Shown here: one piece after another, positions 50,471 to 63,384 of the stretch
How the letters are laid out: each line of letters starts with the position of its first letter
Numbering within the stretch: the stretch's first letter is position 1
NCBI GenBank assembly: GCA_964016885.1
Contig: OZ024741.1
Location: forward strand, 301,630,001 to 301,694,000
From: Eledone cirrhosa
Lineage: Eukaryota
Reading direction: 5' to 3'
DNA: 64,000 bases
The notes under the pieces: generated by a model
The model's input: only the letters and a program-made list of their open reading frames with translations
The model's database searches: none
What the model was told of the DNA's origin: nothing
Made by a program: the position numbers and the translations under genes

Positions 50471-50507
50471 CTTTTGAAAAGCAGAAGAACTGCGAAACCG
50501 GTAAAGG
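50471..50507 (+). ncRNA. Minimal hammerhead motif, U3-A8 core (Neptune pLTR)
   Basis: CTT-TTGAAAA-GCAG(AAGAA)CTGC-GAA-ACCGGT-A-AAG. Confidence 0.72.
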
Positions 50508-50571
50508 AACCAAATAAATATATATTTTCATAAAAGAAGACTCCAGTTGCATTCTCAATTTCATCTTTTTT

Positions 50572-50694
<123 letters not shown>

Positions 50695-50819
50695 AGAGAG
50701 GGAGAGATTTAAAAGAGTCGAAGTCATTGTTGCAGCATATGTACAAACTTTATTTTCATATTACAAATGTTTCGATAGCAATCAGCTCAGGTTACAATCA
50801 AGGTGATGTTACCCGACTT

Positions 50820-51850
50820 TTATAAAATTTTATAATTATTGTCATTTTGCTTATGTATTTTCTTATTTACCACTTTCTTTAATCTTGCCCAACTTGATAA
50901 ACTCCTTGAATTGCTCCCTAATTGAATTACTTAAATTACTTAGATTATTGTATTTATTATGCCTAAGTTGTATCTGTTGAAGCAGCCCTTTGAAAATTCC
51001 TCGGATATCCCAAATACTGTAATTTTTAATTTTTTTATTTTTTTATTTTTTTATTTTTTTATTTTTTTATTTTTTAATTTTTAACTTTTAATGTATAGTT
51101 TTCCTCAATTCGTTTTTTATATATATCCTTAGAGGCTCTCTAAAATTTTAATTCTTCGAAGGGTCTCTCGGAAGAAGTTCCTATTGGAAATATTAAAGGG
51201 GCCTTTTCTGAGAGATTTATAGAAGGCTCTCTGAATTAACCTCTAATTGATTAGTTTCTTTCAACTTAGTTTTCAATTCAGTTTTCTGAATTTTGTAAAC
51301 GTGATCTCGGGGGAAGGTTTTTTTCTTTCGGAAAAAAAATTTTTTTTTTTTCTCTAGAAGGAATTTCATAGGAACTTTATATATTTTTTAGGGAAAATTT
51401 ATATTTTTATTTTTTTATTTTTTTTTATTTTTTTTATTTTTTTTTTATTTTATTAGCCTCTTAATCTTCTTCTAGTCTAGTAGGTTTATTGGAGCCTGTA
51501 AGCTTTATGCACTCATTGAGGGATTTTCTAAGGTGCTTCTACGGGACCCCAAGTCTTTTGGTTTAATGTTGATGCGTAAATTATATATTATTGTCTAATT
51601 TTTAAACTTCAATCCCTGACCCCGACAACTATTATAAAAGAGCCCCCTTAGAATATAGACCCCAACTACACAAGCGGAGTTGCTGATGTATACCACAATT
51701 TCAAACTGCTAGCCTTGAGTGATACGTTGATGTAAACAATGATCTTGCAATCACATGTTATATGCCTTGATAAGTCCCACCATGGGGTCGGACGAAACGG
51801 CTGTCGGCAATAAACTTGTTATAATGTCATAATAGTTCTTTTTCACTAAT
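50820..51850 (+). mobile_element. Probable PLE 3' UTR/pLTR (family F), T-rich, ending at (TA)n
   Basis: Hammerhead at 51763, AATAAA at about 51809, TA repeat after 51850; 5' limit uncertain. Confidence 0.55.
51763..51809 (+). ncRNA. Type-I hammerhead ribozyme motif, U3-A8 core
   Basis: TGCC-TTGATAA-GTCC(CACCATGGGGTC)GGAC-GAA-ACGGCTGT-C-GGCA; GUC triplet. Confidence 0.82.
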
Positions 51851-51874
51851 ATATATATATATATATATATATAT

Positions 51875-51976
51875 TTGTATGTGTGTGTGTTTGTCTGCGT
51901 ATATATCTACCTATTTATCTATCTATCTATCTCTTGCTCTCTCTGTCTCTTTCTTTTTCTCTCTTTCTCTCTCTTG

Positions 51977-52038
<62 letters not shown>

Positions 52039-52136
52039 ATGTGTGTGTGTTTGTCTGCGTATATATCTACCTATTTATCTATCTATCTATCTCTTGCTCT
52101 CTCTGTCTCTTTCTTTTTCTCTCTTTCTCTCTCTTG

Positions 52137-52194
<58 letters not shown>
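51875..52194. repeat. 160-bp tandem duplication of a compound microsatellite
   Basis: 51875-52034 is repeated at 52035-52194. Confidence 0.9.
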
Positions 52195-52197
<3 letters not shown>

Positions 52198-52550
52198 AGA
52201 TAAAAAGAGAATCAGTGTTGCGACGAATGGAATTGATTGGACATATTACAATCGATTCTCTGGCGACCAGTTCGAGGCACGATCGATGTGATGATCGAAC
52301 CTGACTCTGAAAATCTGCTTCGTAGAATCAAGAGGTATCTGAGGACCTTGCGAGTCAGGTTCGATCATCACATCGATCGTGCCTCGAGATGGTCGCCAGA
52401 GAAACGACTGTAACATGTCCAATAAATTCCATTCGTCGCAACACTGATTCTCTTTATTTCTGTGATATCATACTCTGCTCTATGAAGGCATCGAGTGCTG
52501 GCTGAAACGGCCTACCGCAAACGGACACTTTAAGCATCCAACACCAAGTA
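52193..52550. repeat. Family D fold-back, asymmetric copy
   Basis: Homologous to 8785-9461; arms about 52193-52306 and 52352-52468. Confidence 0.88.
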
Positions 52551-53077
52551 TATATTTATTTATATACATATGTGTGTGTGAATGTGTATGTGTATTTGTG
52601 TGTGTGTGTGTTTATGTTTATATTTGTGTGGGGGAGGTACGTGTGTGTTTGTGTGTATGTGTGTGTGTGTGCAAGATACGGTGATGACACGTCTGAATAT
52701 ATTTTAGATTTCTAATGACATGAAAGCATTTTATCCACCTGTCGGAAGTTCAACAACATATCAAAGAGGTTTCCATTATGCTACTTTTTCCTTTTCTGTT
52801 TTGATTTTGTTTGTTTGTTTGTTTGTTTGTTTTTTTGCATGTCTTTACTTTGGTTTCTTTACTTTTGTTGTTATTTCCCATTAATGCATTTTTTCTAAAA
52901 GTATGGATATTTATATATCATAACAATATATATTTTAAACTACTGTCGGGATGTATATTCTTAATGTTAAAATAGATAAGCGATATTTGTGATGCTAAAA
53001 TATTGACTAAAGATTGCTATCTTGTTAGAATTATTTTTATGCATTTGACAGCATATAATATCAATGTAACATCAACG

Positions 53078-53121
<44 letters not shown>

Positions 53122-53199
53122 TATTTATACATATATATATATGTATTTCCAATCTTGATAGAATCTTCAAATCTAAAAAAAAAACACCTTCCAACAAAC

Positions 53200-53261
<62 letters not shown>

Positions 53262-53269
<8 letters not shown>

Positions 53270-53409
53270 GTGAGCTTTTTTTACAAAATGAAAAATAACC
53301 GAGGTGTCCTACACGAGTGAAAGTATAAAGAAAAAAGATGAAATCGAAAATGCAACTGGAGTCTTATTTTTTTTAAATAAGACTCCAGTTGCATTTTCGA
53401 TTTCATCTT
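53262..53409 (-). mobile_element. Neptune pLTR terminal tip ending in a 75-bp hairpin (53335-53409)
   Basis: Matches the reverse complement of 60975-61082; TA repeats on both sides. Confidence 0.85.
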
Positions 53410-53432
53410 ATATTATATATATATATATATAT

Positions 53433-53747
<315 letters not shown>

Positions 53748-54110
53748 CTGATTTACGCTGATCTATGCTGCAAAGCTCATCAATTTACTGATCAATTGAT
53801 ATTCAGGAAACATCGAAACATACACAAAAATAGTTATCGATATATATATTATATATATATGTGTGTGTGTGTGAGTGTGCAAATATGTTTATACATAAAG
53901 ATATGTATATATACATTTATGTATATATTCATTTATATATATGTATGTGTGTGAGGGTTTGTGTGCAAATATATTTACATATAAGCATATGTAAATATCC
54001 ACTTATGTATATATATACAGGCACACATATATATATACACACACACATGCACACACACACGCACACACACACGCGCGCGCGCGCGCACACATACACACAT
54101 ACACACACAT

Positions 54111-54155
<45 letters not shown>

Positions 54156-54427
54156 CAAAATGTTATAGGTTTCTGAAATATTTGATTCATATAAAGTTTA
54201 CTATCTTTTACGAATGCTGTGAAAAACACAATTTTTCCGTTTTCTAAACTCTTCCTATTCAATTAATACATTTTCTCTTACAGATGTAAGATCATATGAC
54301 AATTACATTTTACACATTCTACGAAAATATATATTAAAGAAGTTAAAAAAAGACTTGGGGAGGTACCGCCATATAGGCTTACGGACCAAAACAGTAAAAC
54401 ACAGGTAACTTTTTTTAAAGCAATGAC

Positions 54428-54526
54428 ATCGGGGTCATACGTGTTCCTAATACCCACTCTACTACCCTAAGTATTCAGTACTTTGGTGCGTTATGGTCCA
54501 TCTGGTTCCTTACCACAATTCCTTCG

Positions 54527-54530
<4 letters not shown>
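54428..54530 (+). mobile_element. Family C pLTR tail fragment ending in (TA)n
   Basis: TACCCACTCTACTACCCTAAGTATT...TTATGGTCCA. Confidence 0.8.
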
Positions 54531-54608
<78 letters not shown>

Positions 54609-55151
54609 AATTCCACAACAATTACCAAACCATACTAGAGGACACGTGTTTCAGCAAAAAAAGGATTATTAAACTCGTGTAAGGTTCCTCCATCTTCGCA
54701 CTATCTATTTCGTTTTTGTATTTCTCATCTTTTTTATGAATGACTAGTAACCGAATCATAAATTACTTTCCTACTATATCAAGAGTTAAACTAATATATG
54801 TCTTCATTGTACCGTGCTGTTTACGATTAAGTTTTCCATACACACACACACTCACATATATATATATGTGTGTGTGTGTATGTGTGTGTGTGGGTGTGTG
54901 TGTGCGATTGTCTGTTTGGCATTGATGCCATTGTTTTATATATTCTTAGTGTATTCGTTGTAGTTTATACTAACGAGAACTGCAATGATATACGCATTCA
55001 CTTCTCGTGGATTATAATTTATTTATGTAAATACTATTATATCTGAGGATGGTAAATTTTAAATTATTATCAGTTGTTAACTTAACAGTTGTTTAAGTAC
55101 AGGAGATGAATGGATAATGGCTAGTATTAGCAGATGTCTTTTACTATTATG

Positions 55152-55430
55152 AAGGCGTGTGGCCTTGTGTTAAGGGTGATGGACTTACGATCATAATATC
55201 GTGAGTTCGATTCCTAGGTTGAGTTGTGGGTTGTGTTTGTGAGAAAAACATTTCATTTCATGTTGCCTCAGTACACTCACCTGAAAATTAGTACCAGCCA
55301 GAGCTGGGGGTTTCGCCCCGCGATGGACTGGCGTCCTGTCCAGGGAAGAGTCTTATACTTTCAGTCGCTTCACGCCACGAAACCGGGATAAGCACCTACC
55401 TGACGAGCCTCCTGGCTTGAAACAGACTTT
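55152..55430 (+). mobile_element. SINE family 2, full length
   Basis: GAAGGCGTGTGGCCTTGTGTTAAGG (box A-like)...GAGTTCGATTCC (box B); homologous to 40170-40451. Confidence 0.88.
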
Positions 55431-55464
55431 AGAACAAAAAACCAACCGTTATTATTACATAAAT

Positions 55465-55655
55465 TGCGGTGGATTGGCAGTCTCGGTAGAGGGTCGGACG
55501 CCATGCTTTGATGCATAGAGTTACGGCCCTTGCTATTCTGAGTTCAAATCCGCCGAGGTTAACTTTGCCTTTCATCCTTACGGGGTCGATAAAATAAAGT
55601 ACCAGTAATGTACTGGGTAATTTCTGGCCTTGTGCCAATAGTAGAAACAGTTATT
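55465..55655 (+). mobile_element. SINE family 1, full length
   Basis: Near-identical to 19433-19620. Confidence 0.92.
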
Positions 55656-56462
55656 ATTACATATATTGAACAGAATATACCTCTAGAAGTACTTAAAGAA
55701 TATTTCTTTTGGCTACCTGAATGCACCACTTAGAACATTTCTCATCCATCTTCCAAACTTGTTTATTTCAATTCCACTTTTTATATTGTCTTGTATTTAG
55801 AAAATATATAGACAAATTAACTTCTTATGTTTGAAGCAGATGTTGATATTTTCCTTGAATAAACTTGTTTTCTTGTTTCTTTCTCGTCAATGTGCTATCT
55901 GTTTCTTTTGTAGTTGGAGTCTATAAATGATTACTAATTTCATTTAGAAATCGTAGCCAAATTGCAGTCAATATAATAATGTAATGCTAGATATGCTCTT
56001 AAAAGAAAAGGGGGTTACATCCAGATGACTAAGATCAAAGCCACGACCACCCTGCCTTTTAAAAGTATATCGATATATGAGGGTTCAACTGTCTTTTCGG
56101 TTGATTTTTATTTATGGTTTTGCCTTAAATGGCACTTTAGTCCAGCTGCTGATTTACACATCAAGCCGTATTTAGTGCTGATAACAATATTTTGGGTGGA
56201 GCAGAGAGGGAAGTTTGATCGCATCTTGGCGTTAGATCTTAGATCACGAAGATGGACCAGATGAGTTCTTTATACTTGCGTGGCAGACAGTTCCCCATTT
56301 TCCAGGATCAGCAACTAAGGTTTCAAACGAAGTAAGAGGTATATTCACAGATTACAGATTGTACCTCAGTTTGTCTTTATATCTGTCTACCTTACGTGCA
56401 CCATTAGGAAGTTGATTATATAACAGTACCTTGGGTGTGTAAAACATGACCGACACATCTGA

Positions 56463-56503
<41 letters not shown>

Positions 56504-56942
56504 TCACTTTCTGTCAACCTTACTACCCGCCTGTGACCTTTGTATCATGTATTAATTTCTGCCTCCGTCTTCTGAGATATTTTCACTTGTTACAAGGGAA
56601 AAGGTCCTTTTTCTTGACCGATAAATCACGTGTTAATTCCTACCTCTGCCTATAGAGATTTTCTCACTTGCTACAAATGTGTCTGGAGAACAGTTCTTTT
56701 CTCTGGGGGGGTTCCTTGACAAGCTGATGGTCCCTCACAACGATGGTGCATTTCTCTAATGTACAGATGTTGCATATGGATCAATGAAACTGCGCAATCG
56801 GGACTTTGAAGAAAAGATAGGGTTTTTTTGTCTATTATTTCCTCTTATTTTATAATTTACTCCAGAGTAACATGGCTCACTACTTTGCCCTATTAAATGA
56901 ATAAACGCTACTTCGGTACTGTAAACTTTTCATCGCGTTCGT

Positions 56943-57013
<71 letters not shown>

Positions 57014-57017
<4 letters not shown>

Positions 57018-57650
57018 CAAAAAACGTTGCAACCGGAGGAAGACAGGAAGACGATACTTTGGTTCGTGGAAACGTTCCCTGGCAAAGAACGGGAAAAAAC
57101 GAATATCCTTAAATAAAGTGGGGAGAAATAGGGTCCAGAGGTTCGGTCCGGTCCAGGATGTTGAGATCAGAGGTGATTTTAAACCCAGCATCGTTGATTT
57201 CATTGATGACGCACCGATTAGTTTTACGGTAATCCTTAGTTACAGCATTATGTAGTAGTTGATGGTAAGTACTGCGCTCCACTTGATATAGGTTGCCAGT
57301 TTTGTCGGAATGGACGTGCGCTGCATTAAAATCCTTAATAGAACGAATTGTATTCTTCACGTCCTGCTGGAAGGAATTGCTCCTATTCCGAAATTTGATA
57401 CTCCGTATGAGTTCCAAGACATCATTTTCGAAGGGTAGCAATGCTGGTTTACACGGGTGGTTATTATAGGTTTTAAACCCACATTTATCCTGTTTGTTGT
57501 CTGCTTTTCGCGGATTATCGAAATAAAAGGCACGCCAACGCAACCTTTTAATGAACGCGTCTGTTTTCTGTATCAGGAGTTTTAGGTATGTTTTCCTGCT
57601 TGGTACGGGTGTGTTCTTTGTAGAAATATTCAGATGTTGTTTCTGCATGA
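57014..57650 (-). mobile_element. Naiad-type PLE 5' coding fragment
   Basis: STKNTPVPSRKTYLKLLIQKTDAFIKRLRWRAFYF...SDKTGNLY, homologous to 43975-44520. Confidence 0.88.
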
Positions 57651-57883
57651 TGAATATAAGTCAATAGAGTCCTCAACCACGGGAGCCAAATAGTAATAAT
57701 AATAAATTTGAAGACTAAAATCCAAAGAGGGCTCGATAAGGATAAATATATATCAAATATATAAGAACCGTAGAGCAAATATTTATTAAAATAGCAGATT
57801 AAAGTTTAAGCAAAGAATCGCTGCTTTCACCCTTAACGGGATCTTCTGAAACTGACAAAGTCAATCTGTAAACGCAGAAGTGG

Positions 57884-58231
57884 ATATTTCAAAAAACGTT
57901 GCAACCGGAGGAAAACAGGAAGACGATACTTTGGTTCGTGGAAACGTTCCCTGGCAAAGAACGGGAAAAACGAATATCCTTCAGGGTAAAGTGGGGAGAA
58001 ATAGGGTCCAGAGGTTCGGTCCGGTCCAACTATGGTGCATTTCTCTAATGTACAGATGTTGCAAATGGATCAATGAAACTGCGCAATCGGGACTTTGAAG
58101 AAAAGATAGGTTTTTTTTGTCTATTATTTCCTCTTATTTTGTAATTTACTCCAGAGTAACATGGCTCACTACTTTGCCCTATTAAATGAATAAACGCTAC
58201 TTCAGTACTGTAAACTTTTTATCACGTTCGT

Positions 58232-58303
<72 letters not shown>
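57884..58303 (+). repeat. Permuted duplicate (B-A-(TA)n) of 56738-57155 (A-(TA)n-B)
   Basis: B at 57014-57155 matches 57884-58028; A at 56738-56950 matches 58027-58238. Confidence 0.9.
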
Positions 58304-58306
<3 letters not shown>

Positions 58307-58378
58307 AAGAAAAAGAGATGAAATCGAAAATGCAACTGAAGTCTTATTTTTTTTTTAAATATATATATTTATTTGGTT

Positions 58379-58416
58379 CCTTTACCGGTTTCGCAGTTCT
58401 TCTGCTTTTCAAAAGG
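58379..58416 (-). ncRNA. Minimal hammerhead motif, U3-A8 core
   Basis: Reverse complement of 60908-60945. Confidence 0.75.
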
Positions 58417-59210
58417 TGAGTTGAGATGGAGGGTCTGTGGTTTTTCTCACATCTGGTTGGTCTCTGAATGTTACTTGTTTTATATGAAAAAAGTGGCTCG
58501 AAATTCCAGGTTTTTCGAGAAGTAATTTGATTGATTTGTCAATAATTATAATAAATTTCGCGCCAGTTCGCGTTACAATAGTTCTTCAAATAAGAGAGGG
58601 GGGGTTGTCACAGGTTGTTTTTTCATATATGAGTGTTTGAATTTGTTTTTACTTGAAAAAAGGAGGCTCACGAAGGCTTTTTTGGGGTTGGTTATAAATG
58701 AAATTTGGCTGTCACGTGAACTTGTTTTTATTACATTTTTGCGCCCTTATTTGGAAAACTATTCTGTAGTCTTTATAGTGAATGTTATGACAATGGAGAG
58801 ATAGTGGTCAAGAGAAAAGGGATTGGGAGAAATGTTCTGGTTCAGTGAATATGGCCAGCTCGCCGGGGTGTCAGAGTTCAGATTTTCTATTGAGACTGAA
58901 GATATGTATGTTTATTTGTGTGCTTGTGTGTGTGTATGTGTGTGTGTGTGTGTGTATGTGTGTATTGGAAGATGATTCTATTAGTAGAGATGGGGGAGTT
59001 GTGTGTGTGTGTATATGGGTGTTATGTGTGTGTGTGTGCGAGTATGTTAAGATGGAGAGAATATATATTTTGTGTGTGTGTGTATATATATGTGTGTAGG
59101 AAAGTGGTTCTATTAGTAGAAATGGGGAGGGAGTTGTAGGTGTGGGGGTTGTTATGTGTGTGTATGGGTGTTATGTGTGTGGGAGTATGGTTAGCATGTT
59201 AAGATGAAGA

Positions 59211-59251
<41 letters not shown>

Positions 59252-59361
59252 GTGTGTGAGTTTAGTTTGTTCTATCATATATCTCAACACACAACCCAAG
59301 AAATGCGGAAGCTTACAACACTATTCACAATAACATCCCACTACTAAAACAAAACCCAAGA

Positions 59362-59877
59362 ATGAAAAAAGCCCTTGAAACACACAAAATAATCAAAAGC
59401 AAAAGACAACCAAAATCACTGAAAACATTACTCACCAATGCCAAATTACCTACCACAAACCCACAACCAAGTATCAAAAAATGTGGTCGCTCTAATTGTG
59501 GAACCTGCACTCACCTCATTGAAGGCAACACGTATACATTTAAATCAGGACAAAATTTTACTGTAAAAAATCACTTCACTTGCTCATCAAAAAATCTACT
59601 TTATGCCATTAAATGTAAAGGATGCAATGAAGATTATATAGGACAAACTAAACTCACACTCAGAAACAGAATGACAGTTCATCGCCAACAATTACGAGAT
59701 CCAACCACGAGACAGATACCACTAAGTGCACATCTAGACATTTGCGCAAGTAATAAGACACCCAAATTCCAAGTCTTCCCATTTTACCTTTGCGCTAACA
59801 ATACAACAGAACAAATGCGAATAAATAAGGAAAATATGTTTATTCAAAAATATAGACCAACATTAAATAAGGTTTAA
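59362..59877 (+). pseudogene. Uninterrupted C-terminal GIY-YIG endonuclease of a Neptune-type PLE (RT missing)
   Basis: KKCGRSNCGTC linker, FTCSSKNLLYAIKCKGCNEDYIGQT..LRNRMTVH, ENMFIQKYRPTLN. Confidence 0.9.
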
Positions 59878-60907
59878 TATACATTATGTCAACACCACAA
59901 TATGACATACATACACACACACATAACACCTTCTACTTTAGAAAATAAAAACCCGAACTAAATAAACCTTAACTTACGTTTGCACTGGCAATACAACAGC
60001 AAACACGAAAAAGTAAGGAAAATATGTTCATTCAAAAATATTCCTACTAAACGAATCACTTTCCTACACACACACATACACACACACACAATATATATAT
60101 ATATATATTCTCTTCATCTTAACATGCTAACCATACTCCCACACACATAACACCCATACACACACATAACAACCCCCACACCTACAACTCCCTCCCCATT
60201 TCTACTAATAGAACCACTTTCCTACACACATATATATATACACACACACAAAATATATATTCTCTCCATCTTAACATACTCGCACACACACACATAACAC
60301 CCATATACACACACACACAACTCCCCCATCTCTACTAATAGAATCATCTTCCAATACACACATACACACACACACACACACATACACACACACAAGCACA
60401 CAAATAAACATACATATCTTCAGTCTCAATAGAAAATCTGAACTCTGACACCCCGGCGAGCTGGCCATATTCACTGAACCAGAACATTTCTCCCAATCCC
60501 TTTTCTCTTGACCACTATCTCTCCATTGTCATAACATTCACTATAAAGACTACAGAATTGTTTTCCAAATAAGGGCGCAAAAATGTAATAAAAACAAGTT
60601 CACGTGACAGCCAAATTTCATTTATAACCAACCAAAAAAAAGCCTTCGTGAGCCTCCTTTTTTCAAGTAAAAAGAAATTCAAACGCTTATATATGAAAAA
60701 ACAACCTGTGACAACCCCCCCCCCCCTCTCTTATTTGAAGAACTATTGTAACGCGAACTGGCGCGAAATTTATTATAATTATTGACAAACCAATCAAATT
60801 ACTTCTCGAAAAACCTGGAATTTCGAGCCACTTTTTTCATATAAAACAAGTAACATTCAGAGACCAACCAGATGTGAGAAACACCACAGACCCTCCATCT
60901 CAACTCA

Positions 60908-60945
60908 CCTTTTGAAAAGCAGAAGAACTGCGAAACCGGTAAAGG
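60908..60945 (+). ncRNA. Minimal hammerhead motif, U3-A8 core, palindromic stem III ACCGGT
   Basis: CCTT-TTGAAAA-GCAG(AAGAA)CTGC-GAA-ACCGGT-A-AAGG; AATAAA follows. Confidence 0.78.
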
Positions 60946-61279
60946 AACCAAATAAATATATATATTTTTTAAAAAAATAAGACTTCAGTTGCATTTTCGA
61001 TTTCATCTCTTTTTCTTTATACTTTCACTCGTGTAGGACACCTCGGTTATTTTTCATTTTGTAAAAAAAAACTCACTTTCTAATATATATATATAGTATA
61101 TATATATAATAAAGTATGTGTTCCTATGAGTAACAAATGCATATAGGGATACAGGTATTATCCAACCGTATGCCAATGCGGTTCTATGGCAGAAACCGCG
61201 CGGTAAGGCTACATATAGTAAGTACAGCGAACTTTTTAAAATTTATTTTAAAACTTTTTCTCTATTTGCTATACCTTGA

Positions 61280-61336
<57 letters not shown>

Positions 61337-62584
61337 ATCAAAAGATGGTTAAATGAGTTCCATGTATTTTATTATAAATAAATGCTTCCCTCCCTCACAT
61401 ATCTATAGTAAAATATTTAACAAACACACTATAAAATTTTCCTATTCAACATCCTCCAACATTTCCAATTATCTCTAAACACAACAATAAAATACTAAAT
61501 ACTAAATCTCTTCCTTCCAACACTGAATATCATAATAATAGTAATAGTACTCCCGACGTCATTGTAAACCCTAGGCTAATTTCTGCAAACCCAAATACAA
61601 CGTCAAACACAACTTCGCTAAATGTTCTTAATCCCATTCTAAATCAAGAAACTATTATTCCTATTGCAAATAACTTCTCCAATCCAATTCCTTCTATAGA
61701 TAACACTAGGTCACTCGTTAATAATCTCCCTAATTGCAATTGCAATTGCCCTGCTAAAAATAAATGTCCTCTCAACAACCATTGTCTTGATAAAAACTTA
61801 ATTTACGAATGTAAAGTTATAACTGACACCAATTCCTTCACCTATTTTGGTTCCACTTCCACCTCCTTTAAAGCTCGTCTTTATAATCATCATTCGTCTT
61901 TTAAATATAAACTTAAAAGAACCAACACGGCTCTCTCAGAACTCATATGGTCCTTGAAAGACAAAAATATTAAATATAACATCTCTTGGAAGAAGGTTTC
62001 CTCTGGTTCTACATACTTGAACAGTTCTCTATCCAAGACTTGCAATCTCTGTATGAATGAAAAATTTACCATTATATCTAATTTAGATTCTATAATAAAT
62101 AGGCGCACTGACTTGTTTTCTATCTGCTTGCATAAATTCCACAGAACTTTCCATAAAGTATACAGCTAATATCCTAAACTTTATCAATTCAGAATCCTTT
62201 TCTCAAAGGCACATATATATATATATACTTCTTTAAAAATATACCCATCTTTCTACCTTATTTCAAAGTTATTTATCATATTCTATATCATTCCTATTCA
62301 TCACTTCTCTTTCTTCCTTTTCCTTTTCTTTTCTTTTGCTTTTTCTTTTAATTTCTAACCCCTAATCTGTACCTTTTCTCACTGTGCCTAACATAGAATC
62401 AATTATTACACATACACTATATTCTTACTTTATATCACCTTGAAAAAATCCTTCGTAAACATAAACATTTTTTTTTACGTTAGATTATTCATCCTCTATT
62501 CATTATTTTTTTCTCACTTTCATCTAACTTATTCATGCTCATCTCACAATATATCCTTACTTACATTACTTCTGTGTTTTTTTA

Positions 62585-62755
62585 ATAATACATATCAACA
62601 TTTTCTTTCAATCGCACATATTATTAAACCCTTAAAATTATTCTTAATACATATTAACATTTTCTTTCTATCGCACATATTATTAAACCCTTAAATATTA
62701 TTCTTAATACATATTAACAATTTCTTTTCATCGCACATATTATTAAACCCTTCAA
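62585..62755. repeat. Tandem repeat of about 58 bp, three copies, in the PLE 3' UTR
   Basis: TAATACATATTAACATTTTCTTTC.ATCGCACATATTATTAAACCCTT repeated three times. Confidence 0.9.
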
Positions 62756-63113
62756 TATACAAACCTTAACTTTACATTATTTTTCTCTTCGTTAATTTTC
62801 AAATTCTTTTAATTTATACATTATCTTCCAACGGTTTTTCAACCTCTCTATGTAAAACAATATATTTTTCTCAGTTATAAAAGCTATCTCTCTCTCTCTA
62901 TCAGCCATCTCTCCTCCTATCTCATCCTTCCTCATTATACTCCTCCCCCTCCACTTTTTACTCTCATCTCCTCCTCCTTTTCATCCTTTCCAACCCCCCC
63001 CCCCTCAAAAAAATGTTTCCCCAATATCACACATCAATCTAAAACTACTTTTCATATGTTGATTTAAAACTGCACTATCCACAAGTGTTTTTAACCTTCA
63101 TATCATGTCCTCA

Positions 63114-63184
63114 TATTTTATCTGATGAAAACACAAATGTTATTGCATGATGATATTTGTTATTGAAATGCGCATAATAAAATA
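63114..63184 (+). ncRNA. Type-I hammerhead ribozyme in the Naiad pLTR
   Basis: TATTTTAT-CTGATGA-AAACACAAATGTTATT..GATGATATTTGTTATT-GAA-ATGCGCAT-A-ATAAAATA. Confidence 0.82.
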
Positions 63185-63307
63185 CATGGAACTCATTTAA
63201 CCATCTTTTGATCTTATATATTATGTATACTCCAGTCCTACAAACTGTAGAGTGCTTCTTATCCGATATCTGCATTGCTTTATTGTACTACAATAAAACT
63301 CACCTCC

Positions 63308-63379
<72 letters not shown>

Positions 63380-63384
<5 letters not shown>

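Larger units (their letters stand above)
58304..61082 (+). mobile_element. Neptune-type PLE, 5'-truncated, with an inverted pLTR of about 950 bp at the 5' end
   Basis: ORF 59362-59877; inverted arm 58304-59258 mirrors about 60075-61018; (TA)n flanks. Confidence 0.93.
61333..63216 (+). mobile_element. Naiad-type PLE 3' portion with a 43-bp inverted terminus
   Basis: KCFP..H...IFNKHTIKFSYS, CNCPAKNKCPLNNHC, NLIYEC..YFGSTSTSFKARLYNH, CNLCMNE, ICLH; 61333-61375 is the reverse complement of 63174-63216. Confidence 0.9.

Noticed and set aside
51875-52194. 160-bp duplication as a functional array
   Set aside because: Pure compound microsatellite; slippage or assembly artefact is more likely
56715-56800. 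CTGATGG...GAAAC as a hammerhead in segment A
   Set aside because: A9 is missing and stems I and III could not be formed convincingly
62585-62755. CRISPR-like array
   Set aside because: Head-to-tail tandem repeat without unique spacers, in eukaryotic context with no cas genes
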